From the NCBI GenBank assembly GCA_018646625.1, contig JABGUJ010000003.1, positions 228,509 to 292,508 on the forward strand: a DNA stretch of 64,000 bases. The letters are read 5' to 3'. Origin of the DNA: Candidatus Woesearchaeota archaeon. GTDB lineage: Archaea; Nanobdellota; Nanobdellia; Woesearchaeales; JABGUJ01. Positions 46,116-54,930 of this stretch are shown here, one piece after another (position 1 is the stretch's first letter; every line of letters starts with the position of its first letter). A model generated the notes under the pieces. That model searched no databases. It was not told the DNA's origin and saw only the letters and a program-made list of their open reading frames with translations. A program made the translations under genes and the position numbers.

Positions 46116-47969
46116 ATGGCAAAAAAGCAAGTCAAGAAGAAACAAGAGAAAAAAGACATTGAGAAAAAGAAAAAAGAAATAACTCTTACTGAAGAAGAAA
46201 AGAAATTACCTAAAGAGTCTCAAGAAAAATTAATCAAGATCAAAAAAGAACTTGAACAATTCAAGGAAGAAGTTCTAAAGAAATTTGATAAATACATCAC
46301 AGGCATTGCTTTGCTGCCACCTCCAAAACCTGAACAAGGTAAACAAGTTGATAAAGATAAAATCAATGTGCTAGTTCTTGTTGATGATTCGGACTCACAG
46401 AAAATGAGTAAAGAAGAGTTAAGATCAAAACTCGGCGCAATCATTGAAAAGATTGGAAAAGACATTAACAAAAACATTGTAACACAAACAATTATTCATA
46501 CAGAATTATGGCAAACATGTTACGACAGCAAACACGAACTTCTACAAACGATTGCACTTGGTGCTCCAATATACGATACAGGAATGTTATCAGCTGTAAA
46601 GATCGGAGAAATCCACAAAAGCATGGTTCTAAAAAAGTTCGAGAAATATATTGTAAGCTATGTCTTATTTGGTTCATTAACTAGAGGAGAAGCAACTCCT
46701 GAAAGTGATATTGACGTTGCAATCATAATCGATGATACTGACGTTAAGAAGATGACCAGAGCAGAGCTTAAAGATAAGTTAAGAGCAATCATCATCGGAA
46801 TGGGTGTTGAAGCTGGCGAAATGACTGGCATCAGAAACAAACTAAACATCCAAGTATATATTTTAACTGACTTCTGGGACAGCCTAAAAGAAGCAAACCC
46901 TGTTATCTTTACTGTTCTTAGAGATGGTGTTCCTTTCTACGACAGAGGAATTTTCATGCCATGGAAACAGTTGCTAAGAATGGGTAAAATAAAACCATCC
47001 GCTGAAGCAATTGACATGTTTATGCATACTGGAGAACAAATGGTTTCCAGAGTAAAAGCCAAGATTAAAGGATTAATCGAAGCAGACATTTACTGGGCAA
47101 CTTTAACTCCAACTCAGGCAGCTTTAATGTTGTATGGTATTCCGCCACCAACCCCAAATGAAACTATCAACTTGTTGGAAGACATTTTCTGTAAGAAAGA
47201 GAAACTTTTAGAGAAAGAATATGTTGACATCATGAAAGAGATCAGAAAATACTACAAAGAGTTAGAACACAACTCAAAAATGGAGATCTCTGGAAAAGAA
47301 GTTGACGATTTGCTTGCAAAATCTGAGAAATACTTGAAAAGAATCAAGAAACTTTTCGAAGAGATTGAAGTCATGAAAGAAAAAGAAGAAATGGTCAACA
47401 CTTACGAATCTGTTGTAACCATCATAAGAGATATTCTAAGGCTTGAAGGCATTGAAAGAGTAAAGAACGCAGAAATCATTAAACTATTCGAAACAGAAAT
47501 GATACATCTAGGAAAAATGCCTGAGAAGTACATTAGGATTTTAAACCACATAGTTAAAGCAAAGAAAGACTACGACACTGGTAAGCTAAACAAAGCAGAG
47601 ATCAACAAAGTAAGAACAGAATCTCGCGGCTTTATTAAGTTCATGGTTGAGTACATGCAAAGAAAACGAGGAAAAGAACTCGAAAGAACCAAGATAAGAG
47701 TTAAGCACGGAGACAAGTACGGCGAAGTCATATTGCTAGACAAAGTAGCATTCATCGTACATGATCTAGACGCCGAAGAAAGAAACGTTACTAAAGCAGA
47801 CATTAAAGCTGACGGCAGCCTAGGACCCACAAACGACTCTTCACTTGAAGAACTCGAGCAACATCTTGCAAAGATTGAACTTCCTCCAAAGGTTTTCATC
47901 AAAGAACCAATCTTTGAAAACTTGAAAGGCGTCTTTGGAAAAGATGTTGAAATTCTAATGAACTACTAA
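46116..47969 (+). CDS. Tandem Pol-beta-type nucleotidyltransferase with HEPN-like helical domain
   Basis: Intact VLFGSLTRGEATPESDIDV in the second repeat; degenerate first repeat; helical domain with AALMLYG.PPP.P and KELEH. Confidence 0.8.
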   Translation: MAKKQVKKKQEKKDIEKKKKEITLTEEEKKLPKESQEKLIKIKKELEQFKEEVLKKFDKYITGIALLPPPKPEQGKQVDKDKINVLVLVDDSDSQKMSKEELRSKLGAIIEKIGKDINKNIVTQTIIHTELWQTCYDSKHELLQTIALGAPIYDTGMLSAVKIGEIHKSMVLKKFEKYIVSYVLFGSLTRGEATPESDIDVAIIIDDTDVKKMTRAELKDKLRAIIIGMGVEAGEMTGIRNKLNIQVYILTDFWDSLKEANPVIFTVLRDGVPFYDRGIFMPWKQLLRMGKIKPSAEAIDMFMHTGEQMVSRVKAKIKGLIEADIYWATLTPTQAALMLYGIPPPTPNETINLLEDIFCKKEKLLEKEYVDIMKEIRKYYKELEHNSKMEISGKEVDDLLAKSEKYLKRIKKLFEEIEVMKEKEEMVNTYESVVTIIRDILRLEGIERVKNAEIIKLFETEMIHLGKMPEKYIRILNHIVKAKKDYDTGKLNKAEINKVRTESRGFIKFMVEYMQRKRGKELERTKIRVKHGDKYGEVILLDKVAFIVHDLDAEERNVTKADIKADGSLGPTNDSSLEELEQHLAKIELPPKVFIKEPIFENLKGVFGKDVEILMNY

Positions 47970-48065
47970 GTTCATTTTTTCTTTCTTTATTATTTTGTTG
48001 TTATAAAGCCTCATTCTATGAAATAGAACGAAAACTATAAAAACTCACCAAAACAAGATAATAGC

Positions 48066-48596
48066 ATGTCTACTAAAGCTAGAGGTGGTCCACCGTCAAG
48101 AATCAAATTTGAAGGAGTATATGATTGGGATAATCTATACAAACTCTTCCATAGCTGGTTTGAAGAAAGAGGATGGGACCATGATGACAAGACATACAAA
48201 CACAAGACTTCTAGCTTGGGAAGGGAAGAAGAACTAATAATAAACTGCTGGGTAAAAGAATCAGAATACATCAAATATCACATAAGCCTAGATATTCATA
48301 CCTGGAGTAACCAACCAGCAGAAGTAATCAAAGATGGCAAAAAAGTTCAATTGTGGAAAGGAAGAATTAGAATTATAATTAGTAATGAAATAGAATATGA
48401 TTGGCAAAACAGATTTGAGGGTAGTAGCTTCTTAACAAAAATAAGAGAATTTTATCACAAACATGTGTTTGTAGATGAAGATAACGCATTAATACAAGAC
48501 AAAGTATACTATATTTCATATAATTTACACGAAGCAATCAAAAAGTTTTTAGACATGTACTCACAAGAGAATGTATATAGTAAATCATCGTTTTAA
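48066..48596 (+). CDS. Hypothetical protein, paralog of the next gene
   Basis: IKFEGVYDWDNLYKLFHSWFEERGW; DWQNRF. Confidence 0.75.
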   Translation: MSTKARGGPPSRIKFEGVYDWDNLYKLFHSWFEERGWDHDDKTYKHKTSSLGREEELIINCWVKESEYIKYHISLDIHTWSNQPAEVIKDGKKVQLWKGRIRIIISNEIEYDWQNRFEGSSFLTKIREFYHKHVFVDEDNALIQDKVYYISYNLHEAIKKFLDMYSQENVYSKSSF

Positions 48597-48602
48597 TAGA
48601 AA

Positions 48603-49103
48603 ATGGCTGAAAGAAAAGTATTAGTTGATGGCGTAAATCTGAAGTATGAAGGATTATTCAACTTCAAAGACCTGTACAACATATTAGATAGCTGGTTATC
48701 TGAGAATTCATATGATAAACGAGAACACGAAAATCTTGAAAAAGTTACACCCACGGGAAAATTCATAAGAATAGAACTAAGACCTTGGCGTACTTCTTCA
48801 GATTATGAGAAAGTAGAAATGAAAATTGTTCTTACAGTACATGATATGGTAGATGTTGTTGTTGAAAAAGACGGCATGAAAATGAAACTCAACAAAGGCA
48901 GCGTCAGCATAGTATTCAGCGGATTTTTATTAACAGATGTAGAAGGAAGATGGACATCTAAAGCATTCTTTTTCTTTTTATCTCAAGTATTTGATAAATT
49001 CATATACAAAACTCAACTGGGAAGATTAGAGGCCACACTGAAACATGATGTTATGATGCTTCACAAAACATTGAAATCTTTCCTTAACATGCACAGATAT
49101 TAG
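48603..49103 (+). CDS. Hypothetical protein, paralog of the previous gene
   Basis: LKYEGLFNFKDLYNILDSWLSENSY; DVEGRW; K.FL.M end shared with the paralog. Confidence 0.75.
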   Translation: MAERKVLVDGVNLKYEGLFNFKDLYNILDSWLSENSYDKREHENLEKVTPTGKFIRIELRPWRTSSDYEKVEMKIVLTVHDMVDVVVEKDGMKMKLNKGSVSIVFSGFLLTDVEGRWTSKAFFFFLSQVFDKFIYKTQLGRLEATLKHDVMMLHKTLKSFLNMHRY

Positions 49104-49147
49104 AGCAAAGTTTAAATATGGACCTTTTTCTCTGGGAACCACCTCAA

Positions 49148-49269
49148 GTGGGGGTAGCAAAGTCTGGTCAAATGCGCAGGACTTAAGGCTATCTTTATGA
49201 GACACTTACCTCGTAAGTAAGATATCCTGTCTCTTAGTGAGTTCGTGGGTTCGAATCCCATCCCCCACA
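49148..49269 (+). tRNA. tRNA-Leu(UAA) with 36-nt intron (49188-49223) at canonical 37/38
   Basis: Acceptor GTGGGGG/CCCCCAC, anticodon stem CAGGA/TCCTG, TAA at 49184-49186, long variable arm, TTCGAAT T-loop. BHB: CTTA/TAAG helix with 3-nt bulges. CCA not encoded. Confidence 0.93.
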
Positions 49270-49356
49270 TTTTCTTTCATGTATAGCTAAGAAAAACGAA
49301 TTTGTATATACAGTATTTAGCAATTCTAATATATCAGTTCTAAAACAATTTTTGTC

Positions 49357-49827
49357 ATGGGGGAACAACCAAGCAGACAAGAACTAACAGATCTATTAGA
49401 TAGAATAGAAAGAAGACTCACTCCCGAATTAGATTCTAACGATTCAAGGATTATTAGAGTAAGAGCTACAGATTTTAGAATAAAAGATGGCGGATCATTA
49501 GAACGATGGTACGTTGTTCCGAACGGATTCTGGGGCAGAGTCGCCGATGAGTTTCAAAGAATTGTTACATTCGACGACAGTCCAGATCTTGGAATTGCAT
49601 ACAGTGCAAGAGATAATGGTAGATTAAACATAACTACGCGCATGAGATACAGAAACGGAAGAGCTTTAGTAAGAACAGCAAGAGCAGAATTAGTTAGAAC
49701 AAGGATGAACGGAGGAACTGCCTTCAAGCTATATGACTTATTCAATACAGATGATGTAATGGAACTACATCGAGAAGTTGATGCACTATGTCTCGAACCT
49801 TCACCAAGAAGACCCTATAATACTTAG
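49357..49827 (+). CDS. Hypothetical Arg-rich protein between tRNA genes
   Basis: 156-aa ORF with TATA-like box upstream; no recognised domain. Confidence 0.55.
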   Translation: MGEQPSRQELTDLLDRIERRLTPELDSNDSRIIRVRATDFRIKDGGSLERWYVVPNGFWGRVADEFQRIVTFDDSPDLGIAYSARDNGRLNITTRMRYRNGRALVRTARAELVRTRMNGGTAFKLYDLFNTDDVMELHREVDALCLEPSPRRPYNT

Positions 49828-49888
49828 TTTAATTCTATATAAGAAAACATTAATATATGGCTAGTTAGTTCTGGCAAGAAAACAAAGT

Positions 49889-49961
49889 GCCTCTGTGGCT
49901 TAGTGGCTATAGCGGCCGCCTAGTAAGCGGCAGGTCGGGAGTTCAAGTCTCCCCAGAGGCT
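49889..49961 (+). tRNA. tRNA-Thr(AGU)
   Basis: GCCTCTG/CAGAGGC acceptor, anticodon arm GCCGC-CTAGTAA-GCGGC (AGT at 49922-49924), GGGAG-TTCAAGT-CTCCC T arm, U73. Confidence 0.9.
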
Positions 49962-50095
49962 TTCTTATTATTACAAAATAACTAGATAATGCTCTAAAAA
50001 CAGCAAACTACATAAACAGTTAATAGTACACATATACAGTACAACTATATAAACAAAAAGCTTTAATAGCATACCTCAACAAAAACACATAAAAT

Positions 50096-50167
50096 GCTTC
50101 AGTGGCACAGTGGTAGCGCACTACCTTGGTAAGGTAGAGGTCGAGGGTTCAACTCCCTCCTGAAGCT
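50096..50167 (+). tRNA. tRNA-Thr(GGU)
   Basis: GCTTCAG/CTGAAGC acceptor, CTACC-TTGGTAA-GGTAG anticodon arm, GAGGG-TTCAACT-CCCTC T arm, U73. Confidence 0.95.
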
Positions 50168-50423
50168 TTTCTAATTTCTATTATACACCCTTATAGAAAA
50201 ATTGATAAATGATAAACCCCTAAAAGTCAATGTGGTCGTAAGACAACATAGGGGGGTTAAATTCTACAGAATTTAGCTAAGTAGCGAAACATTTATATAT
50301 GAAATAACCACACGTGAGTAACAACAGGGTGGGATTCGTATAACTTTGCACGCAAAGCTATGTAAGTTATAGCTAAGCAATAGTAGGTCGTCGACGATCA
50401 AATGCAAATGTTGGGGGAGTAAA

Positions 50424-53423
50424 TTGGATACAACTAATAATAAAGCACTCATTTTGGCATTAAGAGATAAAGGAGTTAGTTCTACAGATGCAGATAATAT
50501 AGCCAGAAGAACACAATCTGGTGAATTTGGAACCCCCGCAGAATTTCTAAGTATTGTTCAATCCGACCAATTCGATCCTACATTCTTAACTCCCGCAAGT
50601 AATTTTGTAGCAGAAGCAGAATCCACACTCGACTCAGTTCTAAATAGATATCAACCAGACTTAACAAGAATACAAGATGTTGTAAGAAGAAGTTATGACG
50701 CACTTGCAACTGTTAGCAGAATAGAAGACAAAACTCCCGCAGACATCACACTTACAGAAGAATTAGCTTCAACAATTGTTGATGCAGTAAATTTATTCGA
50801 ACAAACTCAACTAAAAGCACTAAACGCAGCAGAAGAAGCTACAGATTTAGTACACGATACATTCTATGAAAAAGAAGGAAACTTCACTTATGATACTGAT
50901 AATCTATTATTCGCAGAAAATGGCGCAAACATAATTAGAGCAGTAACTCAACCCGCAGTTGATCTTGCAGCAAATTTAATTCCTAATTCTTTAATCGACA
51001 AAGAAAAACTCCAAGCAGCATATAGATTTGCAACAAAAGCAACAGCAGTAAGTGTTGCTGCAGCAGTTGGATTTTTTGCTCTACCCCACGTTGGTAGTAT
51101 GTTTATGAACGCAGTAGACAATTACTCAGCAGGAAATGGCGTTGATTTTGCTAACATGACTCCTTTTGATTTAGTACCTTCTGCTTATGCACAAGACGCA
51201 GATCCACCTGAACCAAACTTGGGAGATCTTGTTGAACAACCACCTGCCAAAGCAGCAGACGCACCAAGACCAAGGCACAGAATAATTGGAACAGGTACTA
51301 GCGATCTAGGTGACAGAGATCCTAGTCTAGAACCAGGACCAGCTGGCGTCACAGGACCAGTAGTTCTCGGAACACAATATTCTGATCGCGTTACAACTAC
51401 AGCAGTAACTGGAGATTCACCACTAGAACAAATCATACTTCAAAGAAATGCAGAAGGCAGTCATTACATCGGCATTAAAATGCGAAATGGTGCCACAAGT
51501 GGAAAATCTGTGTGGTCTATTTTAAGAAGCATGGGCGCAAAAAAACTTGGACCTCTCATTAGATACATAAGAGATGAACAAGTGGATTTACTCGACGATG
51601 CAATCGCACTAGCAATAACTCAAGATAATCCCAGAGAACGCACTCGTTACAGAAGACTTAAACATGCATTCATGACTTCAGATACTCAAAAGGTTACTGA
51701 TTGCGATAGAGTAAGTGACCAAAGCGTAGTTCTCAAAAGATATGGTTCAGAAAGATGCCTAGTTCCATTTCCAGATGGCATTCCATTAGATAAAAAAGTT
51801 ACAGACATTTACTATTTAGATATTGATACATTAGTAAGAACATACGGACTAGATCCTGAGAAAATAGCAAGAGTACACCAACAAATAGTCGAAGGAACAC
51901 ACCCTGCTGCTGAAGATGCAACCCCTGGAAAAACAGATGATCTTGTTGCAAGACCTCCTGTAGAACCAGAACCTGTTGCTGGAAGAGGACCAATAACAGG
52001 AACAGATTGCACAGATTGTTCCGACGAAGAAGCCAGACGAAGAGTTGGCGCACTAGAAGGAAGAGTAGGTGGAATTGAAGATCATATTCTTACTGATTTG
52101 CGACCCAGAATTGATGCTTTAGAATTAGTCAAAAGATTCGAAGATGGTCCTAGTCAAGGAATGCACATTACTGATTACGATCAACTTGCAAGAGGTTACA
52201 TTAGAAACCATCACGCATTAAGAACTAATTCAAGAGCAATGATAGAATACAATCAAGCTGTTGATCACGCATTAGCAACTATTGATCCAGCTCTAGTTGA
52301 TAGACACCAATATTTACTATTCTTAAGAACAGATAATGGAGCAAAAGAATTACTAGCATTTAATCCATTTAGCGCACAGGTTGTAGGCTCAGCAGTAGTT
52401 AGCGACGAACTTGCCACATTTATGAAAGACATGATAGAAAACGATAAAGTATACACTTCAAATTTCTTTGAATTCAGAAGCTTAAGAAACATAGAAAGCC
52501 TGGTTCCTAATTTTGGTGAAAAGATCGGTCCAGGAAAGTTTACAGAATTAGATGACCCAAGGGAACTAAAAGGTGCAGATCGCGCAGCTTACAGCGTAAA
52601 CAGAGTTATTCAATATATGCTTAAAGGAACTTCCGAACAACCGGGAGGTATTGAAGCAGTTTTACAATCAGAAGACAGCAGACAAGAATTATCAAGAATA
52701 ACTAAAACAGAAGTTACAGCAGATGATTTAGATAATCTGGCTTTCGGACTTGCAGGAGATAGAGTAGTTCTATACAATACAGAAAATGGTGTAGTCTATG
52801 ATACAGGAATGTTAGATGAAGAAACTTCAGAGTTCATAAGACAAAACATCCCAGAAACAGAACCAATGATTCTTGCAAGATATGTAAATCCTAGTAATAA
52901 ACCCGCAGTTAAAACACACATTCGTGGATTAGATAATATTGAACAATTTAACCATGACATGTTTCCGGATGTTACAGAAACAACAAGATCATACAAGGTC
53001 ACTTACTGGACTGACGATAAACAAACACAAGTCATGTTCGAAATACCTGACATTGACAGTAGAGGTGCAATGGTGTATGACACATTAGATCAAATGCCTG
53101 GTTTAGATTTTGCAAAACCAGTTCGAGTTGGAGACAGATATGATTGTACAATCAAAATTGATCCAGCAACAGGAGAAGTTCTTCAATTTGGAGATGCAGC
53201 AGGAGAAACGGCTAATGTATTCAACCCTTGGGGTCCAACACATTTAGCAATTGAGAATGGTCAAGGTCATATTTACACAGAACAAGCACTAACTGAAGTT
53301 ACATACTTAGGTATTGCAGCAGCGATTATTTATGGAATTGTGAAAGCATCCACAGGTGGTAAAGGCGGATCAGGCAATGGCCCACAAGGTGGATTCAGGA
53401 ACACAGATCCATGGGATCGATAA
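50424..53423 (+). CDS. Large hypothetical membrane protein (999 aa)
   Basis: TTG start behind SD GGGGGAG; hydrophobic segments near aa 205-225 and near the C-terminus; Pro-rich linkers; short coiled coil. Confidence 0.75.
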   Translation: MDTTNNKALILALRDKGVSSTDADNIARRTQSGEFGTPAEFLSIVQSDQFDPTFLTPASNFVAEAESTLDSVLNRYQPDLTRIQDVVRRSYDALATVSRIEDKTPADITLTEELASTIVDAVNLFEQTQLKALNAAEEATDLVHDTFYEKEGNFTYDTDNLLFAENGANIIRAVTQPAVDLAANLIPNSLIDKEKLQAAYRFATKATAVSVAAAVGFFALPHVGSMFMNAVDNYSAGNGVDFANMTPFDLVPSAYAQDADPPEPNLGDLVEQPPAKAADAPRPRHRIIGTGTSDLGDRDPSLEPGPAGVTGPVVLGTQYSDRVTTTAVTGDSPLEQIILQRNAEGSHYIGIKMRNGATSGKSVWSILRSMGAKKLGPLIRYIRDEQVDLLDDAIALAITQDNPRERTRYRRLKHAFMTSDTQKVTDCDRVSDQSVVLKRYGSERCLVPFPDGIPLDKKVTDIYYLDIDTLVRTYGLDPEKIARVHQQIVEGTHPAAEDATPGKTDDLVARPPVEPEPVAGRGPITGTDCTDCSDEEARRRVGALEGRVGGIEDHILTDLRPRIDALELVKRFEDGPSQGMHITDYDQLARGYIRNHHALRTNSRAMIEYNQAVDHALATIDPALVDRHQYLLFLRTDNGAKELLAFNPFSAQVVGSAVVSDELATFMKDMIENDKVYTSNFFEFRSLRNIESLVPNFGEKIGPGKFTELDDPRELKGADRAAYSVNRVIQYMLKGTSEQPGGIEAVLQSEDSRQELSRITKTEVTADDLDNLAFGLAGDRVVLYNTENGVVYDTGMLDEETSEFIRQNIPETEPMILARYVNPSNKPAVKTHIRGLDNIEQFNHDMFPDVTETTRSYKVTYWTDDKQTQVMFEIPDIDSRGAMVYDTLDQMPGLDFAKPVRVGDRYDCTIKIDPATGEVLQFGDAAGETANVFNPWGPTHLAIENGQGHIYTEQALTEVTYLGIAAAIIYGIVKASTGGKGGSGNGPQGGFRNTDPWDR

Positions 53424-53444
53424 TTACATTTACGGAGGATTACA

Positions 53445-54923
53445 ATGTTTAGAAGAAAAGCACAAAACATCAAACCGGTAACATCACTTGACGATATTAG
53501 ACACGAGCCTACTACACAACCAAAAGCTAGAAGCTATGGTTTTGGAATGTTTGCATCTGCGGCACTATTACTCCTAGCATTAGGCGTAGGCGCATGTAGC
53601 GGAAGTTCAGTAGAAGGTGAAGATTTACACGGCGCTCCAGATAATATTTGTGCTTTAGCTGATTGCTCCGGACCAGACCCAATTCCTCCAAGATACGATC
53701 CTATAGATACTTTTGATGAACTATCAGATTACGTAACTTTTGATCCTAACCCTGTTAGCGGTGGACTAGATATCCAACCAGATGAAATGGAAAAACTTTA
53801 CGCTAGCAATACTAACAATATAAGAGAATTACTAGGAAAATACTTCGCAGATGTTGTAGAAGCAAATCCTGACTTATCTCCCGTTCCTTTAACTTCAACA
53901 GATGAGTATCAAACTAACAGAACTGTTGACAACTTAATTGGAGAATTGGCAAACGGCGACGATGCATTTGACGCTTACAGATTCTTAGTAAAAGACGGAA
54001 AATTATACTTAGAATTAATTGATGAAGATGGAGACTTCACTAACGGAGTATTCGTGTTTGACGACATGGATCTTGCAGATGCTGTAAGAAAAGCAGTTGA
54101 AGAACCCGATCCAGTTGTACCAACAATCGAATACAAAGTCGATTTAACAAAAAGCGTAAATGAAGTTATCTTAGGTAATGATTTAACAGAAGATGATTCC
54201 ATTTTATACAATCTTAACGTTCAAAGAATCACAAGATATGGTTTAGATGATGCAGAGATAGAAAACATCGAAGTACCAAATGTACTATACACAGTAAGAC
54301 TTGGCGGCTCTGACAGTTATCAGTTAAGAGCAGGAGAAAGCGTTGAGTTTGATTACGAAGGAAATACTGTTAATGCATTTGTTGATGAACTAGGAGATCT
54401 TTTAGTAGATTTCTCAGGTAATGGTACAAGTGAAGTATTTGTAGCTTCGGCAACTGTAGAACTTGAACCAGGATTAGATGAAACAGTTAGTGGTAGCAAC
54501 CCTGTTACTCACCAAGCGCCTTCAGTAGAAGATCCAGAATACGATCTACAAGATGCAGAACTTCTATACGGAGTAGCATTTGATAGCTATACAGATAGTA
54601 TGCCAACTGGTATGGATTACATACTAGATGGAGCAACTCTAAGAAATGTATTACAAAACGCAGTAGCATCTGACTCTGTTGAAGGAAACCCAACACTTAG
54701 CTCAGAAGTTCTACCAGGCGTAACATTAGTAGACGCGATCTTAGGTATTGAAACTGCAGATGGCAACGTTGGTTACTTAGATGGAATTGGAGATGATATA
54801 ATCTCAGTTGCAGCTAGTCCAGATCAAGTTGCATTTGAATTTGCAGATGGAACATACGGTGTAGCTACAGGAACAATGGCAGCAGATCTTTACGATCCAA
54901 TTGACGAATCTATGCAATGGTAA
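53445..54923 (+). CDS. Acidic surface lipoprotein, hypothetical
   Basis: SD GGAGG; hydrophobic stretch ending in lipobox-like LGVGAC; D/E-rich beta-type body. Confidence 0.72.
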   Translation: MFRRKAQNIKPVTSLDDIRHEPTTQPKARSYGFGMFASAALLLLALGVGACSGSSVEGEDLHGAPDNICALADCSGPDPIPPRYDPIDTFDELSDYVTFDPNPVSGGLDIQPDEMEKLYASNTNNIRELLGKYFADVVEANPDLSPVPLTSTDEYQTNRTVDNLIGELANGDDAFDAYRFLVKDGKLYLELIDEDGDFTNGVFVFDDMDLADAVRKAVEEPDPVVPTIEYKVDLTKSVNEVILGNDLTEDDSILYNLNVQRITRYGLDDAEIENIEVPNVLYTVRLGGSDSYQLRAGESVEFDYEGNTVNAFVDELGDLLVDFSGNGTSEVFVASATVELEPGLDETVSGSNPVTHQAPSVEDPEYDLQDAELLYGVAFDSYTDSMPTGMDYILDGATLRNVLQNAVASDSVEGNPTLSSEVLPGVTLVDAILGIETADGNVGYLDGIGDDIISVAASPDQVAFEFADGTYGVATGTMAADLYDPIDESMQW

Positions 54924-54930
54924 AATAAAA

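Noticed and set aside
49188-49223. tRNA-Leu intron as a novelty
   Set aside because: Canonical 37/38 position with a standard BHB motif; ordinary for archaea.
50215-50258. Hairpin containing mini-ORF ATG TGG TCG TAA after tRNA-Thr(GGU)
   Set aside because: A three-codon ORF is expected by chance, and no Trp-related gene follows.
50350-50380. ACGCAAAGCTAT resembling a c-di-GMP-I riboswitch core
   Set aside because: The upstream GGCAAAC/GNRA stem and downstream receptor elements are missing.
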